Assembly: GCA_964371355.1 (NCBI GenBank)
Contig: CAYJMG010000002.1
Span: 86,883 to 150,882, forward strand
DNA from: an uncultured Dehalococcoidia bacterium
GTDB lineage: Bacteria > Chloroflexota > Dehalococcoidia > DSTF01 > JACRBR01
DNA: 64,000 nucleotides
Reading direction: 5' to 3'
Positions 1 to 8,905 of the stretch are shown here, piece after piece. How positions within the stretch are numbered: position 1 is the first letter of the stretch; each line of letters starts with the position of its first letter. The position numbers and the translations under genes were made by a program. The notes under the pieces were generated by a model. It made no database searches, was not told the DNA's origin, and saw nothing but the letters and a program-made list of their open reading frames with translations.

Positions 1-1041
1 GATGTCATCCTCTGCCGCGCCGACCACGAAGTCACGGCCGAGATCCGCCGCAAGATCGCGCTCTTCGGTGACGTCGATGAGCGCGGTGTTATCTCGCTTC
101 CCACGATGGACAGCATCTATCAGGTGCCCATCATGCTCGAGGACGAGAACCTGGGCGACTATGTCATCGAACTCCTGAAGCTCGACGCCGCCCCGCGCGA
201 CCTCGCCCAGTGGCGCGAGATGGTCGATCGCCTGCAAAACCCCACCAACGAGGTCGACATCGCCGTCGTCGGCAAGTACGTCGAGCTGCACGACGCCTAT
301 CTCTCCATCAAGGAAGCCCTGATCCACGCCGGCATCGCCCAGCGCGCCCGCGTGAACATCCGCTGGGTGCACTCCGAGCGACTCGAGCAGGAACCCGTCG
401 GCGCACTGCTCGACGGCGTCGACGGCATCCTCGTCTGCCCGGGCTTCGGCGAGCGCGGCATCGAGGGCAAGCTGGAGGCCGCGCGGTTCGCCCGCGAAAA
501 CAAGATCCCGTACCTGGGCGTCTGCCTCGGCATGCAGATCATGGTCATCGAGTACGCGCGCAACGTGCTGGGCCTCATCGGCGCGAACTCGACCGAGTTC
601 AACTCGCAGGCGCCGCATCCGGTGATTTCACTGCTGAGCGAGCAGATGGGCATCGAGGACAAGGGCGGGACCATGCGCCTGGGCGGCTACACCTGCAAGC
701 TCATCCCCGGCACGAAGGCGGCCGCCGCCTACGCCACGGAAGAGGTCATCGAGCGCCATCGCCACCGCTACGAGTTCAACAACAAGTACCGCGATCAGCT
801 CGCTGCCGCCGGCCTCGTGGCCAGCGGCACCCTGCCCGATGGCAGCCTCGTCGAGATCAGCGAGCTGGTCGACCACCCGTTCATGCTGGGGTCGCAGTTC
901 CACCCGGAGTTCCGCAGCCGGCCCGACCGGCCACAGCCGCTGTTCCGGGAGTTCGTCGCCGCCGCGGTGCTTCTTCGTCAAGGCCGGGACGGGGGGCTGA
1001 TCGCCCAGCAACGCGAGCGCGTCGCGGCGGGCGGCGCCTGA
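1..1041 (+). CDS. pyrG: CTP synthase, C-terminal glutamine amidotransferase half (5' end outside window)
   Basis: Frame 1 is open from nt 1. The translation continues upstream of the annotated Met (DVILCRADHEV...). It carries GATase class-I motifs GVCLGMQ and HPEF, typical of PyrG. Confidence 0.9.
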   Translation, partial: DVILCRADHEVTAEIRRKIALFGDVDERGVISLPTMDSIYQVPIMLEDENLGDYVIELLKLDAAPRDLAQWREMVDRLQNPTNEVDIAVVGKYVELHDAYLSIKEALIHAGIAQRARVNIRWVHSERLEQEPVGALLDGVDGILVCPGFGERGIEGKLEAARFARENKIPYLGVCLGMQIMVIEYARNVLGLIGANSTEFNSQAPHPVISLLSEQMGIEDKGGTMRLGGYTCKLIPGTKAAAAYATEEVIERHRHRYEFNNKYRDQLAAAGLVASGTLPDGSLVEISELVDHPFMLGSQFHPEFRSRPDRPQPLFREFVAAAVLLRQGRDGGLIAQQRERVAAGGA

Positions 1042-1066
1042 CCACCTTGAACGGACACCACACCCC

Positions 1067-1543
1067 ATGACGTCGCTGGAAATCCTGCTGGCGCTGCACA
1101 TGCTGTCGCTCTTCCTCATGATGGCGGGGTTGGGCGCCGTCATCGTCGCCCTGTGGCGCGGCTGGACGGAAGAGGACCCGGAACGCGCGCTTATTGCCTT
1201 CGAGGATGCCAGCACGGGCCACAAGACCGGCCTGCTCCCCGGCGCGATCGCCGTCGGCGCGACGGGCGTCTTCCTGGCCGGCGATGCCGGCTACAACTTC
1301 ATCACCACCGGCTGGCTGCTGGCGCTCGAGCTGGTCTACTTGTTCGTGCTGCTCATCTGCGTACCGCTCCTGGGCCACGCGCTGAACCGCGTGCAGATCG
1401 AGGTGCTGAAGTCGAAGAAGAAGGGCGCCCCCACCGAGGCCCTGCGAGAGCTGCTCAACGACAACGTCCCCATTGTCCTCTGCATCCTCATCGTCCTCAC
1501 CATCCCCATCATGGTCTGGCTCCCCGTCTTCCACCCCTTCTAG
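1067..1543 (+). CDS. integral membrane protein (DUF2269-like, 4 TM helices)
   Basis: 158-aa ORF with four hydrophobic helices. It follows pyrG on the same strand and has no competing ORF. Confidence 0.6.
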   Translation: MTSLEILLALHMLSLFLMMAGLGAVIVALWRGWTEEDPERALIAFEDASTGHKTGLLPGAIAVGATGVFLAGDAGYNFITTGWLLALELVYLFVLLICVPLLGHALNRVQIEVLKSKKKGAPTEALRELLNDNVPIVLCILIVLTIPIMVWLPVFHPF

Positions 1544-2048
1544 CGTCCGAGCGTCGCTGTCGGCGTGATGGACGCGCCATGCAACAGCACCGCAGCAGCC
1601 TCTTCCGGATCCCGAAAGCAGGCCCGCGACCAGCTCCTCCTCGCGCTCGTAGGGCCTCTGCGCGGTCATGCCGCGCTCGCTCATCATGCGGACGTCCAGT
1701 CGTGCCAGCACTCAATCAGAAACCTCCGGATCGCGCCCTCAAAGTTACGGGCGCGGCTCTCAATAGAACGTCAAGTTGGCCTGGAGCGGCCGCGCGGACG
1801 CTGCCCGACGTTTACGTCCTCGTGCCCGGCCCGCCGCAGGCGCATGGGACACAGCAATGAATTTCACCAAAGTGATCTCGCGCGCTTGGAGATCGCCTCC
1901 CTCGACCCCCACCGTGGCCTCAAGGCCCGGCATGCACCTCGGCCGATAGAGCGCCCGTGGCCCGTATGGGCGCGTCGGCGATGTCGCATCCCAGGGTCGT
2001 TGCCGGCGCCGAGCTGTTCGTCCACCCGGGAGTCGGCGCGTCGGCGGA

Positions 2049-2195
2049 AACCGAAAACTGCCGAGCAATGTCCGGCACCGGCAGAAAGGGAAAATTCCAA
2101 AACAAACTCCCCGCGACGAACTGCCGGAACCGAAAACTGCCGAGCAATGTCCGGCGCCGGCCGCCTGGGCGAAGACCGAAAACTGCCGAACAAAC
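2049..2195. repeat. 2.5 imperfect direct repeats of about 30 bp (CCGAAAACTGCCGAGCAATGTCCGGC[A/G]CCGGC) at about 69-bp spacing with AT-rich spacers
   Basis: Repeat copies at about 2050-2081 and 2119-2150, with a truncated third at about 2176-2195. The spacers (gaaagggaaaattccaaaacaaact) are strikingly AT-rich for this genome. They lie inside an about 1-kb ORF-poor region (1544-2591). Confidence 0.6.
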
Positions 2196-2591
2196 GAATT
2201 CTGCAAAGGGGAGCTTCGAATGTGCGATGTAACGACTTTGGGGCCTAGTAGCGGCGCCCGGCCCGCATCAGGTCGCCGGTAGACGCGGACCCGGCCCGGC
2301 GATGGGGAGGCCGGGCCGGGTGCGCTCGACGATGGGGGTCTAAGGACAGAGGGAGCTCCGGTCGATGGGGGTGGCCCGGAGCCCCACTCTGTCCGCCCTG
2401 TCTAACCGCGATGGTGACGGAAAGGAGACGCCCTCCCGCTCCGACGCCAAAACCGGCATCCGGGTATGTGGGTGGCGGTGTCGTGCACCCCGTCTCCCTT
2501 AAGGCGTCAGGGCGGTTAGACCGTAGGAAAGCGCCAGTTGCGGCCGGCGGCTCGCCCTGCGTTTCAACGGGGTACAGGTTTGGGGGTGGAC

Positions 2592-3059
2592 ATGAGGCGT
2601 CGATTCGATCGCTGCCGTGAGCGTGGCCAGAGCCTGGCCGAGTTCTCGCTCATCCTGCCCGTCTTCATCATCCTGGTCTTCGGCATCATCGACTTCGGCA
2701 TGGGCCTCCGCGCCTACATCACCGTCGCCCAGGCCACCCGCGAAGGCGCTCGCTACGCCGCCGTCGGCAACCCCGCCGGGACCTTCACCTCCGGCGGAAG
2801 CGGCGACTGCGATGGCAACACGAGTACGTCAGCCGTCGGCAAGGTCTGCTCCACGATGAACGGCCTGAACCTGTCGAACATCGAGAGCGTGAGCGTCACC
2901 TACCCGCAGGGCAACGAGCCGGGCAAACCGGTCCGCGTGTCGGCCAGCTACGACTACCACTACATCACACCGCTGAAGGCAATCGTCAATTTCATCTCCG
3001 CCGGCTCGCTGGATGAGACGATCAGCGTCTCTTCCGCGACGGACATGCGTCTGGAGTAG
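2592..3059 (+). CDS. TadE-like pilus/pseudopilin protein
   Basis: N-terminal ERGQSLAEFSLILPVFIILVFGIIDFG matches the TadE/TadG hallmark (charged residue, hydrophobic helix, IDxG). There is a GGGGTGG SD-like sequence before the ATG at 2592. Confidence 0.75.
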   Translation: MRRRFDRCRERGQSLAEFSLILPVFIILVFGIIDFGMGLRAYITVAQATREGARYAAVGNPAGTFTSGGSGDCDGNTSTSAVGKVCSTMNGLNLSNIESVSVTYPQGNEPGKPVRVSASYDYHYITPLKAIVNFISAGSLDETISVSSATDMRLE

Positions 3060-3065
3060 CGTCCC

Positions 3066-4205
3066 ATGCTGGTCTTTCTTCGTTCCAGGCTCCGCTGCAT
3101 GCTGAATGAGCGCGGGCAAGTGATCATGGTCGCCGCCGTCACCCTGCCCGTCCTTCTGGGTATGGCCGGCATGGCCATCGACATCGGCACCTACGCCAGC
3201 GATCGGCGCCAGCTCCAGAATGCCGCCGACAGCATCGCCCTGGCTGCCGCGCAGGAGCTGCCTGATGAGAGCGCCGCTCTGGAGAAGGGGCGCGAGTGGG
3301 CCACCCGCAACGGCATCTCGCTGGGCGACCTGACACTGACCATCAACACCTCGACGGGCAGCGGCACGGCGCCCTACGCCCGTGCGACCATCACCCGAGA
3401 CCACCAGTTCGCCTTCATGCCGATGGTGGGTATCGACGAGAAGAGCGTAAGCAGCCGCGCGACAGCCCAGAAGGTCTCCTTCGGCGGCAGCAGCGGCATC
3501 GTGCCGTGGACCATCACGCAGGCCACGCAGGACGCCGCCGTGATGGGCGCGGAGGTCGTCATGAAGTACGACGCCGATGGCGCGAACATCGGCAACTTCG
3601 GCGCCATCCGCATCGACGGCCCCGGCGCGAACACGTACAACAGCTCCGTCAAGTTCGGCAGCACCGCATACGCCTGCGCCGTCACCGCGCCCAACTGCAC
3701 CGCCGGCGCCTGTCCGGGCGTGTATCCGGAGCAGTGCGCTGAAACCGCCCCGGAGTGCGACGGGCCGGAATGCACGCCGCAGACCGGTAACCTGATCGGC
3801 CCCACCGCCACCGGCGTCGATTTCCGCATGGACAATACGATGCCAGAGTGCGACACGTTCGATGAGGTCTTCTCGACGCCCGACCCAATCACGGGCAAGA
3901 GTACCCTCGACCCGGACTGCAACCCATGGACCGACGGCCCCGGCAAGTGCACGTCGAACACCGACATCTGCAGCCGCCGCGTCATCATCATCCCCGTCGT
4001 CGACACCTTCGGTAGCGGAGCATCCGATCCGGCCACCATCCAGCGGTTCGCCCTGATGTTCCTCGAGGGGTACGACGACGGGAAGTGCCAGGGCAACGCC
4101 TGCGAGATTAAAGGCCGGTTCGTGAGCGCCGATATCAACACTCGCGCCCTGGCCGGCGAGTACGACGAGGACGCCCTCATCCACTTCACGCGCCTGAGCG
4201 AGTAG
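3066..4205 (+). CDS. TadG/Tad-domain protein with Cys-rich C-terminal region
   Basis: N-terminus ERGQVIMVAAVTLPVLLGMAGMAIDIG is the Tad N-terminal motif. An alternative start lies at 3099. There are more than 20 Cys in CxxxC/CxC patterns in the C-terminal half. It follows the TadE-like gene by 6 nt. Confidence 0.7.
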   Translation: MLVFLRSRLRCMLNERGQVIMVAAVTLPVLLGMAGMAIDIGTYASDRRQLQNAADSIALAAAQELPDESAALEKGREWATRNGISLGDLTLTINTSTGSGTAPYARATITRDHQFAFMPMVGIDEKSVSSRATAQKVSFGGSSGIVPWTITQATQDAAVMGAEVVMKYDADGANIGNFGAIRIDGPGANTYNSSVKFGSTAYACAVTAPNCTAGACPGVYPEQCAETAPECDGPECTPQTGNLIGPTATGVDFRMDNTMPECDTFDEVFSTPDPITGKSTLDPDCNPWTDGPGKCTSNTDICSRRVIIIPVVDTFGSGASDPATIQRFALMFLEGYDDGKCQGNACEIKGRFVSADINTRALAGEYDEDALIHFTRLSE

Positions 4206-4395
4206 CTCCGCCTTCCGTGGCATCCTTATGGCCGGGGACCGTGGGTGCTTGCGCCCGGCCCGCAAGGCTGGGCTAGCGCCCCCGGATTGCCGATCATTCC
4301 TACGGGTCTGCGACCCAGTGTGGCCAGCTTTGCGCCACATTCACCGGACAGGGCGTATCGCTTTGCTCTTGAATCGCGATAAGCAGCGTAGGGAG

Positions 4396-4974
4396 ATGCC
4401 CGACCCGGGCCCGCCTGCAACGGCAGGCGATCCCGGCGAGCAGGCGCTCGTCGACGCCGCCCGCGAGCTGCGCGACGAGGCCTGGGCCGAGATCTATCGC
4501 CGCCACGCGGAGCAGGTGTACGCCTACATCTACTACCGCACCGGCGACAGGGCCGCGGCCGAGGACCTGGCGGCGGACGTGTTCGTCAGGGCCATCGCGG
4601 GCATCCGGAACTACGAGTGGCGCGGCACGCCCCTGCTGGCATGGCTGTACCGCATCGCTCACAACGTCACCGCCGACTACCGGAAGGCGCTCGCCAGGCG
4701 CTCGGTCCGGGAATCGGCGGAGCCACCGGAGGAGATCGAGGAACGCGTGGACCGGCTCCAGGCGCTCGATGAACGAAACGACATGATGGAAGCGATCCGG
4801 TCGCTCACCGAAGACCAGCAGCAGGTGCTCATCCTGCGCTTCTACGGAGGCATGAGCAACGCGCAGGTCGCGGAAGCCGTCGGGAAGCCGGAGACCGCAG
4901 TGAAGGCGCTCCAGGCCCGGGGGCTGCGATCGCTGCGGCGCATTCTGACGGACGGAGACAGGCAGACCGCATGA
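4396..4974 (+). CDS. ECF (sigma-70 family, RpoE-like) RNA polymerase sigma factor
   Basis: Region 2 (AWAEIYRRHAEQVYAYIYYRTGDRAAAEDLAADVFVRA) and region 4 HTH (QQQVLILRFYGGMSNAQVAEAVGKPETAVKALQARGLRSLR) are both present. GGGAG SD precedes ATG 4396. The longer ORF from 4228 is probably an artefact. Confidence 0.85.
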   Translation: MPDPGPPATAGDPGEQALVDAARELRDEAWAEIYRRHAEQVYAYIYYRTGDRAAAEDLAADVFVRAIAGIRNYEWRGTPLLAWLYRIAHNVTADYRKALARRSVRESAEPPEEIEERVDRLQALDERNDMMEAIRSLTEDQQQVLILRFYGGMSNAQVAEAVGKPETAVKALQARGLRSLRRILTDGDRQTA

Positions 4975-6056
4975 GCAGGCGAGAGACCTTCGACGACGCG
5001 CTCGACGCGGCCATCAACGCCGTCCAGCATGGCGATTCGATCGACGCCGTCCTCGCGAGGTTCCCACGCCACGCCCCTGCCCTTCGACCGTTGCTCGAGA
5101 CCGCGTCCGCCGCCAATCCGTCCCGGGCCTACCTCTCACCCACCTCGCGCCTGACCGAGAACTTCGCTCGCGTCGAGTCCGCACTCGGTCGAGCGCGCTG
5201 GGAGCGTGACAACGTCCATCCGGGGAGGGCCACGGCGAGTGCGCCGTGGTGGACCAGGCGCGTGGCGTTCGCCTCGCTCTCACTGCCGGCCGGCATATTC
5301 GCCTTCGCCCTGCTGGGTGCGGGCGGCGCCGCGGCCGCCACCCTGGCCGTGACGACGGACTTGCCTGAACAGATCGGCGAAAGGGTCGAGAGTTTGACAC
5401 CCTCGTGGACACACGGTGTGATCCCGGGCGGAGCTGGCGACAGCGCCGGGCCGATCGCTTCTGCGACGCCGGCGGGCGCGGCCGCAGACACAGCGACGCC
5501 CGCCTCCTCACCCACGGCCGGCGCCGGTGGTGATGAGACGCCTGTGCCGTCCGAGACGCCGCGCGGATCCCAGCCCCTCACTGTGAGCGGCACCATCACC
5601 AACGTCCGAGGCAACACCTTCGAACTCACCACCGGCGGCATGACCTACAAAGTGCAGACCGACACCAACACGTCTGTTTCCGGCCAGATCGTCGAGGGCG
5701 CGCCAGCTACGGTGCAGGGCGAGCTGACGGCGACCGACCGGCTCCACGCGACGAGCGTCGTGGCGTCGGCGCCGCCTGCCGTAGACCCCGAGGACACACC
5801 GCCGCAGAGTTCGCCCGAGAACCCGGGCCAGGGCGGGCCGCCCGAGACGCCGCCGGGGCAAGGCGGACCACCCGCCACGCCGCCGGGACAGGGAGATCCG
5901 CCCGCCACGCCGCCCGGGCAGGGGCAGAAGACGAAGACGCCCGGCCCGCCCGCCACGCCACCGGGCCAGGGTAGTGGCGGCGGCGGCTCCAGCGAGAACG
6001 AGAACGGGAATGGCGGCGGCAACAACGGCAACGGTGGCGGCAACGGCAACAACTAA
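4971..6056 (+). CDS. putative anti-sigma factor: single-TM protein with Pro-rich PPxTPPGQG repeat tail
   Basis: Start overlaps the sigma stop (ATGA). It has a cytoplasmic N-domain, one TM (AFASLSLPAGIFAFALLGAGGAAAA), an extracytoplasmic domain, then GGPPETPPGQG-type repeats and a Gly/Asn tail. Confidence 0.65.
   Translation: MSRRETFDDALDAAINAVQHGDSIDAVLARFPRHAPALRPLLETASAANPSRAYLSPTSRLTENFARVESALGRARWERDNVHPGRATASAPWWTRRVAFASLSLPAGIFAFALLGAGGAAAATLAVTTDLPEQIGERVESLTPSWTHGVIPGGAGDSAGPIASATPAGAAADTATPASSPTAGAGGDETPVPSETPRGSQPLTVSGTITNVRGNTFELTTGGMTYKVQTDTNTSVSGQIVEGAPATVQGELTATDRLHATSVVASAPPAVDPEDTPPQSSPENPGQGGPPETPPGQGGPPATPPGQGDPPATPPGQGQKTKTPGPPATPPGQGSGGGGSSENENGNGGGNNGNGGGNGNN
5815..5985 (+). 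repeat. tandem about 30-bp repeats inside the anti-sigma gene encoding (G/D)PPxTPPGQG
   Basis: Four to five tandem copies of ggNcaRggNggNccNcccgMNacgccNccN, visible directly in sequence. Confidence 0.6.
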
Positions 6057-6075
6057 CGCCGCCAGCCGCTGATTT

Positions 6076-6807
6076 GTGCATTGCGCCGGGTCACACGATA
6101 CTTCCGCCCGCATGCAGGCCCGCGATCTCTCTGACTTCAACTTTCGTACGCTGCGCACGTCCGAGCTGACGCCGGCCGACCGCGACCTCATGCAGGGCCT
6201 CTTCGCCTCCAACTACCGCCAGGCCAACGCGGCCTATCTCGACAAGTCCTTCAGTGTCCTGCACTACGCGGCGATCGCCACGCACGGTGACGCACCGGCG
6301 GGGTTCGCGCTGGGCGAGCTGCGCGTGATGGACCTCCCCCGCCTGCCGCAACAGCTCGTCGCCATGGCAGGCATCTGCTGCGTGGCCCCGGACTTTCGCC
6401 GGCGCGGGCTCTTCGGCGGGCTCGAGCAGGCGGCGATGCGCGCGTCGGGCATCGTCCCGGCCGGCCGCTTCCTCAGCACTGGCCGCATGGCGCATCCCGC
6501 CAGCATGCGGACGATGGCGCGCAACGCGTCGGTAGTCCCCAGGCCCGGCGTGCCCGCCACGCCCTGGCAGCGCGAGGTAGGCCGCGCCATCGCCGCCGCC
6601 TACGGCACACAGAGGTTCGATGATGAGACGTTCGTCTGCATCGGCAGCGGCACGCCCATCGGATACCCGATCATGGAGATCGAGGTCGAGCCGGAAGAGT
6701 GGCGCGTGTTCGAGCACGTCGACCGCGACCGCGGCGACTCTCTGCTTGGCCTCTGCTGGCAGCCGGACGGACCTGACGGCTGGCTGGTAGCTGACAGCGA
6801 ACCGTGA
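6076..6807 (+). CDS. putative GNAT-family acetyltransferase
   Basis: CVAPDFRRRGLFGGLEQAA resembles the GNAT acetyl-CoA-binding Q/RxxGxG/A motif. Start is ambiguous (GTG 6076 or ATG 6112). Confidence 0.45.
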   Translation: MHCAGSHDTSARMQARDLSDFNFRTLRTSELTPADRDLMQGLFASNYRQANAAYLDKSFSVLHYAAIATHGDAPAGFALGELRVMDLPRLPQQLVAMAGICCVAPDFRRRGLFGGLEQAAMRASGIVPAGRFLSTGRMAHPASMRTMARNASVVPRPGVPATPWQREVGRAIAAAYGTQRFDDETFVCIGSGTPIGYPIMEIEVEPEEWRVFEHVDRDRGDSLLGLCWQPDGPDGWLVADSEP

Positions 6808-6837
6808 ACGGCGGATAGTTCTCTGTCTCCTGCCCTT

Positions 6838-7398
6838 CTAGAAGGGCAGCCCCTTGAGACCGTGTACGCCCTTCAGCGCCGCTATCTCGCCCGCGTGGCC
6901 GGGCACGTGCGTCGTGAGCAGCATGCTCACGATCCACCCGATGGTCTGCTCCCCGAACGGCGTCTGCGTCTTCCGATCCAGCTCCGCGTCCGCCACGGTC
7001 GCCAGGTAGGCGTCCGTCGCCGCGTACACGGTCTTCGCATACTCCTGGAACACGGGCAGGCTCATCTTTACCGACGCCGCCCACTCGGGCGTCATCTCCG
7101 GGGGGACGCCCGGGAACGCCACGCCAGTCTTCGCCTCCCACGCCGAGGTCTGGTACAGCGGCGGCTTTCCCTGCAGGAACGTGTGGCCGATGACGTCCTC
7201 GGCGATCACGGTATGCGCGTACGTCGCCGCGATGGAGTTCGTCGTCGAGCCTTCGAGGCCCCTGTGCAGGATGTCCCCGCACTCCCCCATCATCTGCTCC
7301 AGCGTGCCATGCCAGAACTCCAATTGCGTCCGGATGCTGTCCTGTACCTTCACGTCTCGCTCCTTCAGGTTGCTTCGCTCCCGCGAGGCTTCGCTCAT
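6838..7398 (-). CDS. DinB/YfiT-like metal-dependent hydrolase superfamily protein
   Basis: The 187-aa core starting MSEASRERS has the His-containing helices typical of DinB_2 proteins (WHGTLEQMMGE, HTVIAEDVIGH, HVPGHAGEI). The upstream in-frame extension to 7644 overlaps the fucosidase gene and is probably not translated. Confidence 0.7.
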   Translation of the reverse strand: MSEASRERSNLKERDVKVQDSIRTQLEFWHGTLEQMMGECGDILHRGLEGSTTNSIAATYAHTVIAEDVIGHTFLQGKPPLYQTSAWEAKTGVAFPGVPPEMTPEWAASVKMSLPVFQEYAKTVYAATDAYLATVADAELDRKTQTPFGEQTIGWIVSMLLTTHVPGHAGEIAALKGVHGLKGLPF

Positions 7399-7564
7399 CG
7401 CTCTCGCGCGGTGTTCGTGCACGCCGGGGGGCCGGATCACACCCGTGTCCCCTTTCTTTCGACGGTCCTCCCGCGACGGTCCTCCCGCGCGGGAAGGAGC
7501 GCCGTCCGGCGGCGGCGTGGGATCGGACTGTCTCCTATCCCCAGTCTGCTGTCTACTACCAACC

Positions 7565-8905
7565 ATGTACGAACCCACGCTCGAATCACTCAGCCGCCAC
7601 CCGGTCCCCGCGTGGTTCCATGACGCCAAGTTTGGCATCTTCATCCACTGGGGCCCCTACTCGGTGCCCGCCTGGGCCCCCCGCACGAAGGTCGACTTCA
7701 CCAGCCCCACCTGGTTAGCCGATAACGCCTACGCCGAGTGGTACCAGAACACCCTGAGCATCCCCGGTAGCCAGACCGAACGGTATCACCACGAGACCTA
7801 CGGCGCGGAATACCCGTACGAGCGCTTCGGCGTCACCCTGCGCGAGGGCGTGGCCGGCTGGGATCCCGAATCGTGGGCCGAGCTGTTCGCGGCGGCCGGG
7901 GCGCGTTACGTCGTCCCCGGCACGAAGCACCACGACGGGTTCCTCATGTGGCCCAGCCGGACGCCGAATCCGCACCTTCAGCAGTGGGGCCTCCAGCGCG
8001 ACGCGATCGGCGAACTCGCCACCGCCGTGCGGGCGCGCGACATGCGTTACGGCCTCTACTACTCGGGCGGCCTCGACTGGACCTTCGGGGGCCTCCCCAT
8101 CGACAGCATCCCCGCCATGATCCGTGCCATCCACCAGACCGAAGACTACGCGCGCTACGTCGACGCCCACTGGCGCGAGCTGATCGAGTGCTACCAGCCG
8201 GACGTGCTGTGGAACGACATCGGCTACCCGCAGGCGGCGGAGTTCAACCGCCTGTTCGCCGACTACTACAACGCCCACCCCGACGGCGTCGTCAACAACC
8301 GCTTCGACGCCATCGGCGCTCACCAGGGCCGCGTCCACCACGATTTCTTCACGCCCGAATACGACACGTCGAAGGAGATCAAGGAGAAGAAGTGGGAGGC
8401 CTGCCGCGGCGTTGGCAACTCGTTCGGCTTCAACCGCAACGAGACCGGCGACGACTACGCCTCCGGCCGCGAGTTGATCCAGAGCCTGTGCGACATCGTC
8501 AGCAAGAACGGCAATCTGCTGCTCAACGTCGGGCCCACCGCCGGCGGCGCTATCCCCTGGCCTCAGGCCAGCCGGCTGCTTGAGATCGGCCATTGGCTGC
8601 GTATGAACGGCGAGGCCATCTACGGTACGCGGCCCTGGCGCACGGCCGACGCCACCTCGCCCGAGGGCCTCGCGCTGCGTTTTACCAGCACCGACCGGGC
8701 GCTGTTCGCGATCGTCTTCGACCCCGGCGATGCGCCGTCCGTCACGCTACCCGGCGTCCAGCCACCGGAAGCCGCGACGGTCACGCAGCTGGGCCGCACG
8801 AGCCGGCCAGCCTTCGAACGCACACCGCAGGGCCTCCGTGTGGCGCTGCCGCCCGGACCGGAGACGGGGCCCGCGATCGCGTTGAAGATCGAGCCGAAGC
8901 CCTAG
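7565..8905 (+). CDS. alpha-L-fucosidase (GH29)
   Basis: WFHDAKFGIFIHWGPYSVPAW, KHHDGF and YYSGGLDWT are GH29 signatures. The ORF track's extension from 7181 is upstream read-through; the first ATG with homology is 7565. Confidence 0.85.
   Translation: MYEPTLESLSRHPVPAWFHDAKFGIFIHWGPYSVPAWAPRTKVDFTSPTWLADNAYAEWYQNTLSIPGSQTERYHHETYGAEYPYERFGVTLREGVAGWDPESWAELFAAAGARYVVPGTKHHDGFLMWPSRTPNPHLQQWGLQRDAIGELATAVRARDMRYGLYYSGGLDWTFGGLPIDSIPAMIRAIHQTEDYARYVDAHWRELIECYQPDVLWNDIGYPQAAEFNRLFADYYNAHPDGVVNNRFDAIGAHQGRVHHDFFTPEYDTSKEIKEKKWEACRGVGNSFGFNRNETGDDYASGRELIQSLCDIVSKNGNLLLNVGPTAGGAIPWPQASRLLEIGHWLRMNGEAIYGTRPWRTADATSPEGLALRFTSTDRALFAIVFDPGDAPSVTLPGVQPPEAATVTQLGRTSRPAFERTPQGLRVALPPGPETGPAIALKIEPKP

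Noticed and set aside
210-1070. Numerous alternative-frame ORFs overlapping annotated genes
   Set aside because: They are overlapping and antisense frames of real genes with Arg/Pro/Gly-rich composition, which is expected in 70% GC DNA. The same holds for 1153-1860, 12243-13841, 20624-21178, 27211-28248 and 59709-60377.
2049-2195. Possible mini-CRISPR array (30-bp repeats with about 40-bp spacers)
   Set aside because: There are only 2.5 copies. The third is degenerate, the spacers are AT-rich regulatory-looking sequence, and no cas genes lie within 60 kb. It is reported as direct repeats instead.
1565-2248. Long ORFs in the 1.5-2.3 kb region on both strands
   Set aside because: They are Arg/Ser/Pro/Ala-rich with no SD and no homology. 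This is typical spurious ORF content in GC-rich non-coding DNA.
2411-2540. c-di-GMP-I (GEMM) riboswitch in the tadE leader (GACGCCAAAACC resembles GACGCAAAGCC)
   Set aside because: Only one short motif resembles the consensus. I could not reconstruct the P1/P2 architecture by eye. It needs an Infernal scan (RF01051/RF01786) before any claim.
4206-4395. ECF-type autoregulated promoter upstream of the sigma gene
   Set aside because: I could not find a convincing GGAAC-N16-CGTC-like pair by eye. It is left uncalled.
7181-7564. N-terminal 128-aa extension of the fucosidase ORF, and similar extensions at 4228, 22083-23357, 28766, 35848-37557, 40200-41210, 51917 and 58394
   Set aside because: Homology and SD signals begin at internal starts. 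The extensions overlap neighbouring genes and have junk-like composition.
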